Of a stretch of 64,000 nt of DNA, positions 39,116-52,790 are shown piece by piece. The DNA comes from Octopus sinensis (lineage: Eukaryota): NCBI RefSeq assembly GCF_006345805.1, contig NC_043006.1, forward strand, positions 15,314,001-15,378,000. The letters run 5' to 3'. The notes beneath the pieces were generated by a model that ran no database searches, had not been told where the DNA came from, and was given only the letters and a program-made list of their open reading frames with translations. The position numbers and the translations under genes were made by a program. Positions within the stretch are counted from its first letter, which is position 1. Each line of letters opens with the position of its first letter.

Positions 39116-39639
39116 CACAATTGCCTTCAGTATGTCTACATCGATAGCAAAATAACCTGCCCTGTCGTACCATTCCCGAGATCGCCATTGTGTTAAAGCA
39201 TAAGCGGCGAGGTTAATACCAATCCAAATAAATGTAATAATTTAGCTTTTTAAATAATTTATAAAGATTTGTCGATTTCTAAAGCTAAAGTGACATTGTA
39301 GATTTACTCAGTGCTGCCATTATTCTAACTCTTTTTTTTAATCATACAGATATTAAACAGCTAGATGCTATTGTTTCTTTCTTTGCTTTCTTTGGCGGAT
39401 TACTTGCCTTTTTGAGTGTTTCCTCTGGTATATCAAATGATAATGAAGCGAGCGTAGTCATTTAAATATTTTAAGCAGTGATTTTGAAATTTTGCTTTCG
39501 TTTCAGCAATTTTGTTTTACGTTTGAATTACTTTTATTTAATAAAGTTGTTATCATTAAATGAATATTTATTTAGCAACGTATTTTTACGGGAAAGAAAA
39601 GAAAGGAAAAAAATTAAAAGCATTAAAGATTAAATTATT

Positions 39640-39715
39640 CGATTTGCTCGACTAAAGGCGGTGCTCCAGCATGGCCGCAGTCAAATGACTAAAACAAGTA
39701 AAAGAGTAAAAGAGT
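39640..39715 (+). mobile_element. Family A SINE 3' end only
   Basis: CGATTTGCTCGACTAAAGGCGGTGCTCCAGCATGGCCGCAGTCAAATGACT..GTAAAAGAG. Confidence 0.85.
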
Positions 39716-39834
39716 ATCGAGAATAAACCCCAGAATTACTTCATCAAAGAAAAAAAAAGTGGAGAAATTAAACAGCAAAAGAAATTTCTTTGAGTAACAA
39801 GTTGTGCAACCCAGTCCAAATGGAGTGTTTAACC

Positions 39835-40900
39835 GCACCCAGCGGACATAGTTGCGAAGGTGTTGTCACGGAGAATTACCAGCGACACTCGCGGGGCTCA
39901 TTTCTTAGACGACCGCTCTTACCCAAATTTTGTGGAGAAAATCAGCAGTCCGGAGTCTAAGAACACGTGTCTCGACTGCAACAAGTACAAATAGATAGCA
40001 GCCGTTCAGGCTGCTCGGGTATTTGTTTAGCTTCTTTCCTCTGCTTTGCGGGTGGCTAAATCCGGGTCCACAGCCTATGCAGCAAGGTTGGAGACGGTGA
40101 ACATGTCGCAGCACAACGGATCCCAGATTAGGGATTTATTTCACTCGTATGGGAAGAGGGTTATTCCGTCGGTGCGCTTGCCATCCCCGCGGTCAAGACC
40201 TACTGGCTCTAGTTGTGACGGAAAGCCGGTCACGTTGAGGACCCTTCTTCTGATGTCGCTCTGAGCGGCGTGTCGGGGAAACCAGCTGGCGCTATGGCTG
40301 CCGGAAAAGAGTTGCAGGCTGAATTCGTCGACAACAGGTCCACAACGGCATTTATGCGACTCACACACGCGAAGATCAAAGACCCGGGCCACTCCAATAA
40401 GAGTGCACTCATCAGGAAGGTTACCGTTTGATGAGGAGGGTATCGAATTGAGCCTCACGCCGCTGTTTGGCTAAGAAGCGGAACGGAGACAGGTGAGGTG
40501 GCGCTGGTCTAAGGATGCCTCAATCAGCCTGACCGTAGATTTGCATTTGAAGTCGTCGCAGTTACATTGGACATCTGTATTCTGGGAACAGCAAGGCCTT
40601 CAACAGTACAGAGCCGAGTCTAGTTCCCGGGCCACATCAGATTTAACCATTCCGAAGAGGTCCTGGCCTATGAGAGTGCGGCTGGAGAAGATTGAGAAAA
40701 TATTGACCGGAAGAGTCTGGCCCAAAGTAGAACGGAGGCCAAGGCTACTGAATCCCACAGACAGCTTCACCTATTACCAGCCGGCGCTGTCAGAAGTAAC
40801 AGTGCAGATCAGTTCAGGACAACGCCAGATAGTAGCATCAATTTCACCGAGGCGATCTGTGAGAGGGTGACATGGCGCACTGCATAGCGACAAAAGGAGA
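39835..40900 (-). mobile_element. CRE-clade (restriction-like endonuclease) LINE 3' relic
   Basis: RT thumb W..KLSVGFSSLGLRS; Zn knuckle CRCG..VD..SL..S..RH; RLE LEPVGLDRGDGKRTDGITLFPY..GKSLIWD; terminal RVSLVILRDN. Several stops. Confidence 0.8.
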
Positions 40901-41185
40901 TTAGGGATAGCAAAGCAATTCCACAAAAGAAGAATGCTGAGTGAGCGTCAAATTCTCTGTGAAATAGTTAGTTCTTTGGTCCCAAACAATAGACGACAAA
41001 GGGCTAAGCAGCAACATTTATATGACCAGTTACATATGGCAGTAACTCTACAGTAACTTAATTGTTATAAAGCAATAAAATATATTAATTTACATTCCAC
41101 TATATACGATACCTATTATCTTTTATTATCGTGTCATTTCTTTTATTATTGTATCATAATAGCAAAGAAAATAAACAGATAGGCG

Positions 41186-41578
41186 CAGGAGTGGCTGTGT
41201 GGTAAGTAGCTTGCTAACCAACCACATGGTTCTGGGTTCAGTCCCACTGCGTGGCATCTTGGGCAAGTGTCTTCTGCTATAGCCTCGGGCCGACCAATGC
41301 CTTGTGAGTGGATTTGGTAGACGGAAACTGAAAGAAGCCTGTCGTATATATGTATGTGTGTGTGCTTGTGTGTCTGTGTTTGTCCCCCTAGCATTGCTTG
41401 ACAACCGATGCTGGTGTGTTTACGTCCCCGTCACTTAGCGGTTCGGCAAAAAGAGACCGATAGAATAAGTACTGGGCTTACAAAGAATAAGTCCCGGGGT
41501 CGATTTGCTCGACTAAAGGCGGTGCTCATGCATGGCCGCAGTCAAATGACTGAAACAACTAAAAGAAAAAGAAAAAAA
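41186..41578 (+). mobile_element. Family A SINE, intact
   Basis: Near-identical to 23719-24148. Confidence 0.93.
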
Positions 41579-41822
41579 AAGATATGAAATCGAAGGGCGA
41601 TTAAAAATTGTATAAAATTAAAATACGTTTGAATTTCTACCTACTTAACTGTCTTTGACAAATAATTAATTAATTTTATTCCATTTTTGTTATTTATAAC
41701 CTTGATTTAACGTAGCTCATTAATGATTTGTATATCTTAAAAAAATTCGAAATAGAACGTTAAAATTTTTAACAGCATCTATAGTCTTTATCATTTTATT
41801 TTTAGTGTCATGTGCATATCAA

Positions 41823-41915
<93 letters not shown>

Positions 41916-41935
41916 TATAATATTATATATATATA

Positions 41936-42080
41936 CGAGAGGTGCTAAAATGTTCCTGGCTTTGGGTAAAAGAAATATAGGAGAATCAGTTAATTATGAT
42001 TTAGTCATAATTCAGTTTCATCCACTTATTGCAGCGTCCTTTAGTTTTTCTAATCCCTATAAAAGAACTCTAAAGGTTGG
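41936..42080 (-). mobile_element. Mariner-derived MITE fragment
   Basis: TA|CGAGAGGTGCTAAAATGTTCCTGGCTTT terminus; body is the reverse complement of the 3' part of 46537-46742. Confidence 0.7.
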
Positions 42081-42163
42081 GACTTGAAGCATGTCTTCCG
42101 CGATACCAGGAACGTTTCCGTACCCACTTGCATGTATATATGTATATATATATATATACATAT

Positions 42164-42235
<72 letters not shown>

Positions 42236-42240
<5 letters not shown>

Positions 42241-43172
42241 TAGATAAAAACTTAGATATGTTTCGACCAAAGATTGGGCCAGGCCATGTCTAACTTAATA
42301 GCACCACCTGATAGGATTATTCGAATCCTGTTTAAGTCAAGTTTTGTTTAAGTCAAGTTTTGTTCAAGTAGTGAGTTCTTGTTGGGTGAGTTGTATCCAA
42401 TTATGGGTGGCTTATCTGGTATTCTTTGAAGGAATCTATCCAGACTCTGTTTAAAGTTGATGGGATCCTTTTCCTCTTTGATCTCCCTCGGGACAATGTT
42501 AAATAGGGCAGGGCCTGTTGAGGAAAAGAAATTATGTTGCAGTGTACATGTATGTTGTGATCTTGAATTGGGCAGGGGACGTATAGCCCGTGGTCCAAGT
42601 CTTGGATGAACTTTGAAGCTAATGTTTAGGTCGTTTGGTCAAAGTTGGCGGTATATTTTCCACATCGTACAAATGATGTACCGCTCACGCGACGCTGGAG
42701 GGAGTAAAGTTTCAAGGCTTTAAGGCGATCCCAATAATCGAGAGCAGCCATGCCTTCAATTTGTTTAGTGAGAGCCTCTGGGGTGACTCAATTCTGGAGA
42801 TGTTTTGTCTTGTGTGAGGAGACCACAGTGGGCAGCAGTATTCAAGGTGTGGCCGTACAAAGGAGGAAAAAAGTGGTATGATGACACCTTGTTCTCTGGA
42901 CCGGAAAGTTCTTAAGATCCAGGAACTCATCCTACGAGCTATATCGACCTTCTTGTTGATGTGTGCACTCCAACTGAGATCGTCATCAACAATTACACCC
43001 AGGTCTCTGATATTGTTAGAGGCTGTGAGCGGTTCCCCTGAAGGAAGAGAGTATGGTTGTATTAGTGAGGAATTTCTTCCAAAATGCATCAGCTCAAATT
43101 TTCCCTCATTCAGTTGCGTTTTGTTTCTGTCTGCCCATTGACTCACAGCATATAGATCAGACTGGAGTTGAG
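42236..43172 (-). mobile_element. CR1-like LINE, second copy (0.94 kb 3' end)
   Basis: QLQSDL..KFELMHFG..IRDLGVIVD..FVRPHLEYCCPLWSP; 3' UTR matches 12951-13300; (TA)n on both sides. Confidence 0.92.
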
Positions 43173-43218
43173 TATATACATATATATATATATATACATA
43201 CATACATATATATATATA

Positions 43219-43264
<46 letters not shown>

Positions 43265-43470
43265 TTATGTATATATACCTAGAAGTCATAGAGAAGCGAG
43301 ATAACTCACGTGAGGTCCCGTTGCAGGAGCGGTAGATGTTAATGTTTCGTCATGTTTGTGACCTGTCAATATCACATACTGAGAACACACGCGCGTACGC
43401 GCGCACACACATATATATATGTATATATATATATAATATTATATATCTATATATATATATATATATAATC

Positions 43471-43501
<31 letters not shown>

Positions 43502-44754
43502 CACAGGTATGTATAGTTTTTATAATGATTGTGTTTGTATCTGTGCACGTGGGATTGTGCGTAAATACATCGATACGAAATTATTCTTCGTTGAACTGAA
43601 GTTCATTTTTACAGCTTTCTAACATTACTATTTTATAGATATTAACATTTCCTTTTAATATTTCCCCCTCTTTGAAATGTACCTAACACTCTTTTGACTT
43701 CAGAGATCTTTTGTCTGAGGCATTTGCATTATCATGACACAAAATCTGGTGTGAAAAACTTTTGTAAACAACACACCCATCCTAGCCATAATTTCTTACA
43801 AAACTAGATGATTAATGATGGTAGAAATTCTAATTGAAAAGCTCATTGCTAAAATAAACATACCCGATTTACTCCACTAAAACTCGATCTAGAATATAAC
43901 GTGACCTCTACTCCATGTAGCTAAATATCAGTAAATCATTTATACTCTTATATCTTTCATGTTCAAGAGAAATACATCGCGCAGAAATCTAAATTATTAA
44001 ACAGAATCAGTAACAAAAGGAACCTCTTCAATTTGTGAATATCGATAGGAAAATTTTCCGGAGCACCACTCCTAAGTTTGTCAATGGGTTAAAGCTAAGC
44101 CGCTAAGGTTATTACGAAAGCAAACACGCAATCATTTATTCTTTTATGTAATGTATAAAGATTTGTTAATTTGCGGGTGAAATTAATATTGTTTAACTGC
44201 ACTCATTCCTTTCAATATTTACTGCTACTATGCAGTTAGAAGCTTTTGTATTTTTGTTCTCTTATTTTGAAGGATTGGCTGCTTGTTACAGTATCTTCTT
44301 TGGTATCTCGAAAGATAATAGATTTCAATAATATCAATATACAAATATTTCAATCACTTGAGTACGTAGCGTGGCCTGTTGTTGTTAGCTGTTTTAGCTT
44401 TTGACCTCGTGTTATATGTGTGTGTGTGGGGTGTAGGTTGTCTTTAAAACGGGTTCTCCTGGGGTTCTTACATAGTGTATGTGTGGTCTGTTATGATTCT
44501 GATTGTTAGTATGTCATTGCGATGTGATCTGAGATATATCTGCAAAATATGTTGCTTGAGCCTAGAATTTTTAAAATATATATTTTATCTCAAAGTCAAA
44601 AATGCAGTAAAAACACCTCATTTTGCACATTCCGCTATATATTTTATGAATTCAAGTTTAAATTAAGCCTAAATTCTTTGAGCTTAGGTTTAAACTTTGA
44701 ACTCAAAGTAATATCGCTTCTTTTTACATTCATATTTCTATTATAATTAATATT

Positions 44755-44963
44755 GCAAGATTGTTCTAGAGCTTCCTTGCATAGACAAGTTGTTGATGTT
44801 GAGCTTTAATAGACACCGATTTAACAGCGACTTCTTTACCATTTTTTATGCTGATTCCTAATTGAATATCACAGAATGACTCACTGCCAATTTTCTGCAC
44901 TAATCGATACTTTCTAATGGCAAAGAAATCAGTTCAACTAGCTCTTTCGCTGCTTACCTCCAT
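44755..44963 (-). pseudogene. CSNK1A1: Casein kinase 1 alpha-like pseudogene fragment (N-terminal lobe)
   Basis: MEVSSERAS*TDFFAIRKYRLVQKIGSESFCDIQLGISIKNGKEVAVKSVSIKAQHQQLVYARKL*NNL aligns without gaps to CK1 alpha KYKLVRKIGSGSFGDIYL.I.I.NGEEVAVKLES.KARHPQLLYESKLY; two stops and a broken Gly loop. Confidence 0.88.
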
Positions 44964-45344
44964 ACTTATTTATTTTTTGTGTACAAAATAATTTTTCTTC
45001 TAATGAATTGGAAATAAAGTTAAGCTACGCTAGACGAAACTGGCTGCCATTTCGGTTAATGGAAAGCAAAAAATAATATCCCATAATATTGTATACCGAA
45101 TGGTTTTATTTTCTAATAGCATATATCAGGAAAGTAACAACTTTTACGTTTTAAACATAACCATATAAATCGAATGATTATTTAAACAGAATAGCGTTTA
45201 TAGCTACACAGCGCCAACATGTAAACAGAAGGGTATGGTGTGCGTGAGATGATTCATAAAGAAAATATTGAAAAGCAATTTAAAATAAAGCATAAAACAA
45301 AGTCATGTTTGCATATGTATACATACACCCCCACTCACACGCGC

Positions 45345-46283
45345 GCGTCCGTAGATAACTTAACATTGTATGATAAAATTGTATGATAAAATTGTATGAT
45401 AAAATTGTATGATAAAATTGTATGATAGATTGCCGTCAATTCATTCTCTCTTACCTGTTTGTGTCTGCCTTCCAATTGCTGTGTTTTTTACTGAGATCTC
45501 CCTTTTTAGTAGAAGAAATAGCTATAACTCTTTGACTGCTATTTCTAAATTCGGTCTGTGGTGAGGCAATTCGTTGCTAAACCCTTTATTGCTTAGTATT
45601 ACTTAAATTCTCCTCGAATGAGGCTTTTACATGCCGAAGACTGCTTGGTGTAATTGATAATTATTCCAAATTAATTAATTTCACCTTCATTATTACGGAT
45701 AACCATATTTTATCTCAGTAGATGACCACAGCATCTTGTTTTGGCTGCACGCGGTGGGGAAGGGGCTGGTGACACAATCTTTTCATTCACGCATTGAATT
45801 TGGTGATACTAGTTGCGGATTCTAGCTCGCTCTGATACTGAGTTGAGTTGTGCCTTCTAGTATCTCAAAATTCAATATATAATCATTTATGATTATAGTA
45901 TTCTACGCTGAAGAGAAAAGAAGGTTGGGTAAGGTAGAATTATTTAATATTTAATTCTTATGCTTTCCTAAAAACTTGATTTCGAAACGTGCGTCCGTAG
46001 ATAACTTAAAATTGTATGATAGATTGCCGTCAATTCATTCTCTCTTACCTGTTTGTGTCTGCCTTCCATTGCTGTGTTTTTACTGAGATCTCCTTTTTAG
46101 TAGAAGAAATAGCTATAACTCTTTGACTGCTATTTCTAAATTCGGTCTGTGGTAAGGCAATTCGTTGCTAACCCTTTATTGCTTAGTATTACTTAAATTT
46201 TCATCGAATGAGGCTTTTACATGCCGAAGACTACTTGGTGTAATTGATAATTATTCCAAATTAATTAATTTCACCCTTCATTA
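45345..46283. repeat. Local direct duplication of ~290 bp (45345-45693 and 45991-46283); copy 1 contains 5 x 13-bp ATTGTATGATAAA
   Basis: GCGTCCGTAGATAACTTAA..ATTAATTTCACC(C)TTCATTAT occurs twice with few differences; the 13-mer is present only about once in copy 2. Confidence 0.92.
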
Positions 46284-46536
46284 TATATATATATACACGC
46301 ACACACTTATATATCTGTAACACTGACCAGACTATCAGATGCTGTTATACACCGCTGTTCACAACTAGTTTCCTCACATTGTTACATCTTTCGGGCAGGT
46401 CAACATTAGCATTCTGCTCTGAGTGCATGCTTATAACAGCAACGGCCACAGGCTAATAAAAGTGATTATGTAACTCCTGTTCTTTCGTCATTCATTTAGT
46501 GTCCTTACGCCTGTACTAACCCGATGATTGATTGTC

Positions 46537-46742
46537 AGAGGGAATGCTGAAAAGTTCTTGGCTTTAAGGGTATCACAAAAGGCCTGGTTGAAAGCCTATC
46601 ATTCCGGGTTCTTTTATGGAGCTTAGAGAAAAACCGAAGGAACGCTGCAGTAAGTGGATGAGTCTGAGAAGGGAGTATGTTGAATAAAACCATAACTGAT
46701 CCTTCTGTATTTTCTTTTACTCAAAGCCAGCACAACTCGCAT
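46537..46742 (+). mobile_element. Mariner-derived MITE (degenerate)
   Basis: GAGGGAATGCTGAAAAGTTCTTGGCTTT..AAAGCCAG ends; interior resembles a mariner transposase 3' end (..R..K..SL..EYVE*). Confidence 0.65.
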
Positions 46743-47155
46743 ATTGAATTCTAACAAGTGGTTATTACCATCGCTATGTTTAAGTAGAATCATAACGTAC
46801 GTACATACACACAAATACAAACACATATACACAAATGCACACACATCACACACACACACAAAATTAAAAAGTTAAAAAATTTATAAATTTAAAATTTAAA
46901 AAATATTAAAAAATATATATAAAAATTTATAAAAATTTATAAATATAAAAAATTTTAAATTTAAATAATTTAGTTTTTAAATTTAATATTTTTTGTATAT
47001 TATATTAATTATATTTATTTTTATGGTTTGGTTTATGTTTTTCACTGTTTGATTTGCCTAATAGTGGTTTTATCTCTAATTCAATTTATATTCATACTGT
47101 GAAATCTGATTTAATCCTAAATCTAATTTTTCTCTGTAAGTTTGGATTTACTCCC

Positions 47156-47205
<50 letters not shown>

Positions 47206-47239
47206 TATTATTATTTATATATATATATATATAAAGTCA

Positions 47240-47480
47240 GAAGATCCTGAGAAGCTGAGGATTTCTCTGAGAGTTCGATCTTAATAGAAACCTAAGTTAG
47301 GATAGTTAGACACCGTAAAGGCGTTCGCGAATAAGTGACTCGATATTTCGGATCTGGCTAACTTTAAATGCCTTCTCAAACGTTGCAAGAGATCTATACA
47401 CATCTCTGTCTTTAGAGAGAATTGATACCATAGTGAAAACAAGCCGAGAAATGTAGTGCGGTTGTTGACGGGGAACAAAA
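47240..47480 (+). mobile_element. Possible Tx1-like ORF2 C-terminal relic
   Basis: LANFKCLLKRCKR..RE..RNVVRLL resembles the Tx1-type C-terminus (from memory). Confidence 0.4.
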
Positions 47481-47900
47481 CTTTATCGAAAAGCAAAAAC
47501 TCTCTTCCCGCTTGACAACACGAAGTCAAACTGCAAACACTCTGAAGAACTCACACTTCACAAAACATTGATCTTTCTTCTGAAATATTTTCACCGCTAC
47601 TAACCTCATCTTAAGCGCACTTTTGTGCCTCAATCACCATTTTCTATTTCCTTTCCAAGCTCCATGATCGTATTCGACCAGGATTATCTGTAATCTCTGC
47701 TTCGAATTTTCCTCATGAACTCCTTTCCCGTTAAGGTTCATTAATTTATTTCACACGTGAGTATTGCCATACTTCTCCCATATCACAGTTATTAAGCATG
47801 TCCTTAACCTTCAAAATGCCTTTACAGTTCTTTGAAACTTGTAACCTCCATTTTGCAACTGACACACACACACACACACACAACACACAAACACACACAA

Positions 47901-47933
<33 letters not shown>

Positions 47934-48161
47934 CACAAGCACGTACGCACGCGAACACAACCATTCTCGACAAAGATGACGTTTCTTTGTCTCCGCCTTA
48001 CTCCGCTACGCACGTATCCATTTAGTCCTTAACCGATTCTCCTGCGGTAAACTTCTATGGTCAAACCTCTAAATTTGCTGGGAAGAGCCCTTTCCTCGTG
48101 GAAAAAAAGGGAATGTTTGTTGATACCAGAGAATAGATAAATTGAACGTACTGAGAGAGAA

Positions 48162-48194
<33 letters not shown>

Positions 48195-49989
48195 AAAAGA
48201 GAGAGAGAGATAGAGAGAGAAAGAGAGATAGAGAGAGAGAGAGAGAGAAAGAGAGAGCGAGAGGTGATGTAAAACATATGACTTTCGTTCAAACACTACT
48301 TTTAAATATTTTTCGAAATTTGAAATTTGGCAAGGAATGCTTCAGAAAATCATGCGACTCAAAGGTTTTCTAGCATATCATACAAAGACGCCGAGGAGAG
48401 AGAAACAAACAACAATCAAATATTTTTACTTGTAATATAATGTCATTGTGTTTGTGTCGAATATAATTGTGCAATGCATGTATTATAAAATTATTTTAAA
48501 GAATTATGGTTATTCTAACTTAACATCATTCTTCGCAAGTATTTGTAGTTTTTCTCTTTCTCCAATGCATTCATAGTATGATGCATTGGAAATTTATTCC
48601 TCAATTCACTAGGATAAATTATATTAAAATATTTTGTCTTCATTGTTAGCAACTCGTCATTTCTCCTATAGAGGTCTTTTGTCTTTCTTATTTGTCCTGA
48701 TAATCAAATTAATATAGTTGCATTTCTCCAAATAAATACTTCTATTTAACCAGAATGTAAAAAGGAATTTGAATTCTATGCATAATACCTCAACTGTTAT
48801 TACTTACTAAACCAATATTTCTCTTTTAAACATTTTACAATCCAACAAATATTGAAATTTTCCATTTGTTGAAATGTAATGTTTAGCAGATTTTTCTGTT
48901 TTTTTATGGATTTCATCATTTATCCCATTTTTTTTCCTGATTTAGAGATAGCTGTATTTGATCGTTTACAGAGTCAGTGATTTACAACACAATTATTATT
49001 GATAAATAAAAATATACATACACTTTTATAATTTGAGTTCTTCAAATAGCGATACTCTATCTGCTTTCCATATTGCTAAAGTTCGCTATATAACATATCG
49101 TGCTCTTTGAAGCGATTGTAATTTATATTATGTAATAATAATGTTAAAAATACTAATGGTAAAGTAGATGCTACTATACTAAACGTAGTCAGCAATGGTG
49201 TTAAAACAGACGACAAATTGAGTCTACCAAGCTACATATATGACCACGCTGTCGAGTTTGTCTTTATTTATTGTAAATTATGATGTGAAGATTTGATTTC
49301 CATTCTGCCCTGCAAGCTTGTATTGTTGATGAATATGTCACTAGTTTCTGTCTGAAGAAGTCTCAGACGGCGTTAATATATGCTAATATTTCCATTCTGT
49401 TTAGAAGATAGCTCTTGGATTTTAATGTATGCAGAAGGCCATTTTGTTCTTGATAATGGCGAACCACTCAAGAAGAGTATGATGTTAACACAAAAGTTAG
49501 TTTCTTTGATTGAGTTTTGCATATACGAGAAACTCTTCAGATTATTTAGGTGAGAAATCTGAGTGGATATATTGACACAACATCGAATATTCTCCTGTGT
49601 CACATGGATGCTCAGTGACTCACAGACTGTTTTGGAATGAAGAAAAAATACTCTAGTGATTTGTCTTTCCAGAGATGAGATACCATTTAAATCATCTACT
49701 TCTACTTATATATACATCATTAATCATGGATAAACGATGGTTAGTATTCTATCTTGATAGATCTAAATGCTTGTTTTACTGCAGGTGAAATATCTCTGTA
49801 GTGTATTAAAGTGAAAATGCTATTGACGTAATATAATCATAATAATATATTACTGACTCACCGTTGTAATTACAATCGTATAGCAGGCATTTTGATTTCG
49901 CTATTATTATTCAGAAAATCCACCAGCCGCAAAGCTACATTACATAACATTTATAGTTAGTTTCTGTCATGTTCCTTCTAAAAATTATT

Positions 49990-50380
49990 TAACACGATCT
50001 CTCATTCGGATGTGAATGTTCTATATTTCATTCACCGCATGCAGTTCACAGGTTACAGCCATAGGGAAAGGATCAGAGTATACAAAGGAGCCATGAAGAA
50101 ATTTGATAATATATTATGTAATGATAGGAATGGGATTTGCCCACTCTATAGGAACAAATCATGGAACACTATAGAAAGGACAAAAAAGAAAATAGGGAAG
50201 GCCAACTCTTGGTATGATAGCCATAAATACCAGAGTGTCATGTTCGTTGACACCCCCCTGGAGGTGAACTGGCATACCGCTTTAGAAGGACCCTAGACAA
50301 ACTTAAGCTAAGAATTAAGGTTGTTGAAAAGCCAGGCAACCCTATCAAATCTATAATTGTTCAAAATGTCTGCTTTCTAT
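49990..50380 (+). mobile_element. Penelope-like element fragment (RT thumb to linker)
   Basis: FIHRMQFTGYSHRERIRVYKGA..CPLYRNKSW..ER.KKK..K.NSWY...YQSVMFVDTP, then after a frameshift IKVVEKPGNPIKSI. Confidence 0.7.
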
Positions 50381-50690
50381 CTTTTTGACGAATTCAGCTT
50401 ATGTATCTTTTAGTGCAGTATTGTTGGTTACATTCTTAATAGGAACCTCAGCAACAAATAAGTCATAGATGATGCATCGAAAAGGAAGCTTTTGTTTGCC
50501 TCACTTACTTATCCTTACTTTTACTATCTACTTGATCAAGTTTAAATCTCTTGAGCGCTACGAACTGTATTCTATGCGGAGAATATCTGTCTCTCATCTC
50601 TCATCTCTCTCTCTCTCTCTCTCTCTCAATATATATATATATTATATATATTATATATATATATATATATTATATATATATATATATATA

Positions 50691-50783
<93 letters not shown>

Positions 50784-50816
50784 TATATATATATATATAA
50801 TATATATATATATATA

Positions 50817-50854
<38 letters not shown>

Positions 50855-50939
50855 CGCGTGTGTAATATCTGTAAAGGTAATATGTAACAATTATTCGGTA
50901 GCCATGATAAAAATCTGAGTTTCGGATGCTGAGGTGGAA

Positions 50940-51180
50940 ATCCATGCCGCCATCTCTTCCGTTATCCGGCCATTGGAAAAATGCTATGAAAAATGACCGT
51001 TATACAAAGGGAAATTACTGTGTGATTGACCGTTATTAAGACAAAAGAGCTATTTGAATGACCGCTGAGTGAGGGAAGTTAGTAAAAGTAAGTGGGTAAA
51101 AAGTTCATAGTATTCGCGTAAGCACGTTGTTCATACCTGCACATGCGCGCCCGCACATCTACGTGCGGGCGCCTAAAGGT
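50940..51180. promoter_or_regulatory. Candidate housekeeping-type promoter (CpG-enriched; YY1-, ETS-, CCAAT- and NRF1-like motifs)
   Basis: On minus: CCAATGGCCGGATAACGGAAGAGATGGCGGC (50946-50976); GCACATGCGC at about 51139-51148. Motif inference only. Confidence 0.3.
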
Positions 51181-51672
51181 ATACATTCATCTAAGAGAGT
51201 GTACAAAGAGTAAACCCTGTCTATATACGCACATATCCGTATGCACGCACACACTCATGCCTATATACTCACATACCCGCACACGTCTATATACGTACGT
51301 CTTATTTGGGGTCATGGTTCAAAAGTCTTCATTTTGGCGCGCTAAAATACCGGAAATAATTCCGCAGAAAATAAATTTCTGCAGTGAATTTTGTCGGTTA
51401 GAGAACATAGTTATTTAAATTTAAATTTAAAATAATAAGGGTGAAAAGTTGAATATTAATTTGATTAATATCAATTTAAAACCACTGCCGATGTGTCTTA
51501 AATTGATATTTAAATTGCACATCCGCAACATTCATCAATTATTTTGAAAATGAGGTCATAACCTCGAAATATTGAATACAAGGTAAGTCTGCATTTAATT
51601 TACATTTCTGTTTTCTTGTTATTTACGATTTACCTTGAATTTACTTTGCATTGTTTTGGCCTTACCCACGAT

Positions 51673-51708
<36 letters not shown>

Positions 51709-51712
<4 letters not shown>

Positions 51713-52003
51713 TGTGATCACTTGACCGACTAGTCCATCAGATGTAGTTACACATCGCTGGTCACAATGCGTTCGCATTGTTTTAGCCTTCAAATGACGC
51801 CACCCCGCTGGCTAAGCGAGCAGGCCAACAGAAGAAAGAGTGGTGAAAGAGTACAGCAGGGATCACCATCCCATGCCGGAGCCTCGTGGAACTTTTAGGT
51901 GTTTTCGCTCAATAAACACTCACAACGCCCGGTCTGGGAATCGAAACCGCGATCCTACTAGCGCAAGTCCGCTGCCCTAACCACTGGGCCATTGCGCCTC
52001 CAC
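51709..52003 (-). mobile_element. Family B2 SINE within (TA)n
   Basis: Reverse complement of 31707-31996. Confidence 0.92.
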
Positions 52004-52565
<562 letters not shown>

Positions 52566-52624
52566 CACGAATGAGTGGCCAAACGAAAGAAAGTTGTATT
52601 CCACTCATGAATCTATTGTGGTGG

Positions 52625-52790
52625 ATTAAGAGAGTCGTTAAAATGCTTCGAGGTATTTCTTCAGCATTCTAAAAGGTTCTGAGTTCAAATCTGGCCGGGT
52701 TTGATTTTTGTCTTTCCTCCCTACGAAGGTCAATAGAATAATGTACCTGCCAAGTATCAACTAGTCACATACCCCTCAGAATTGTTGCTC
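52625..52790 (+). mobile_element. Degenerate family D SINE
   Basis: AAATGCTTCGAGGTATTTC..GTTCTGAGTTCAAAT..CTTTCCTCCCTACGAAGGTCAATAGAATAATGTACC. Confidence 0.55.

Noticed and set aside
45608-45645. Hammerhead-like GAATGAGGC..GCCGAAGAC (also at about 46204-46235)
   Set aside because: Both conserved cores deviate (CGAAUGA, GAAG) and no stem I or III is evident.
49345-49378. CTGAAGA followed by a GTCT-C-AGAC stem
   Set aside because: No GAAA or cleavage triplet follows.
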